The notes beneath the pieces were generated by a model. The model had not been told where the DNA came from. It searched no databases and was given only the letters and a program-made list of their open reading frames with translations. A DNA stretch of 64,000 bases from Bispira polyomma (taxonomy: Eukaryota): assembly GCA_965649765.1 (NCBI GenBank), contig OZ287755.1, positions 40,176,001-40,240,000 on the forward strand, in the 5' to 3' direction. Shown here one piece after another: positions 63,715 through 64,000 of this stretch (positions within the stretch are counted from its first letter, which is position 1; the number at the start of each line of letters is the position of its first letter). A program made the position numbers and the translations under genes.

Positions 63715-64000
63715 TTAATAGCAGTATTAATTGGTGCAACTTATCCTATTATTTATGATCGTTTTATTAATCAGTCAGACTCCTTAGGAAAAAAATACTC
63801 ACATTGTAATTAAAATGTGTGTACATCGTAACACTGTTGCTTCCACCTGTGTAGTTGGGGTGGTCTCCCAACAAGGGAGTGGCCATCCAGTAAAAGTTGT
63901 CACCGTTACGGGTTTGACTGTATTAAATATTACTTTGTAAATCATTCAGTATTAGAGCCTCCTTTCACAGGTATAAGATTATTGTTTATAAACCTGGCCA

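Overview
AT-rich animal genomic DNA, probably lophotrochozoan/molluscan (inferred from the C1qDC expansion, SINE architecture and an HSPA12-like fragment). The backbone is a minus-strand tandem array of secreted C1q-domain (C1qDC) genes. A two-gene cassette (type B then type A) is repeated three times; each gene has four coding exons: signal peptide / coiled coil / C1q N-half / C1q C-half. By manual splicing, two copies have intact ORFs (B2, 27097-35983, 187 aa; A3, 44253-60736, 205 aa). One has a single frameshift (A2) and three are broken (A1, B1, B3); B3 has a chimeric A/B exon. The array is heavily invaded by transposons: two divergent DIRS-like tyrosine-recombinase retrotransposons (one nested in a Ginger/KRBA2-like element), two Harbinger elements with Myb/SANT genes, L1/Tx1, CR1 and L2/CR1 fragments, tRNA-SINEs, MITEs and minisatellites. 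The most striking pattern is in both DIRS-like elements. Each has a phase-matched splice donor in gag, an acceptor just before the recombinase ORF, and a slippery site plus hairpin at the end of gag. Together these suggest three products: Gag, Gag-Pol by -1 frameshift and Gag-YR by splicing. All calls are from manual reading; no database searches were run.
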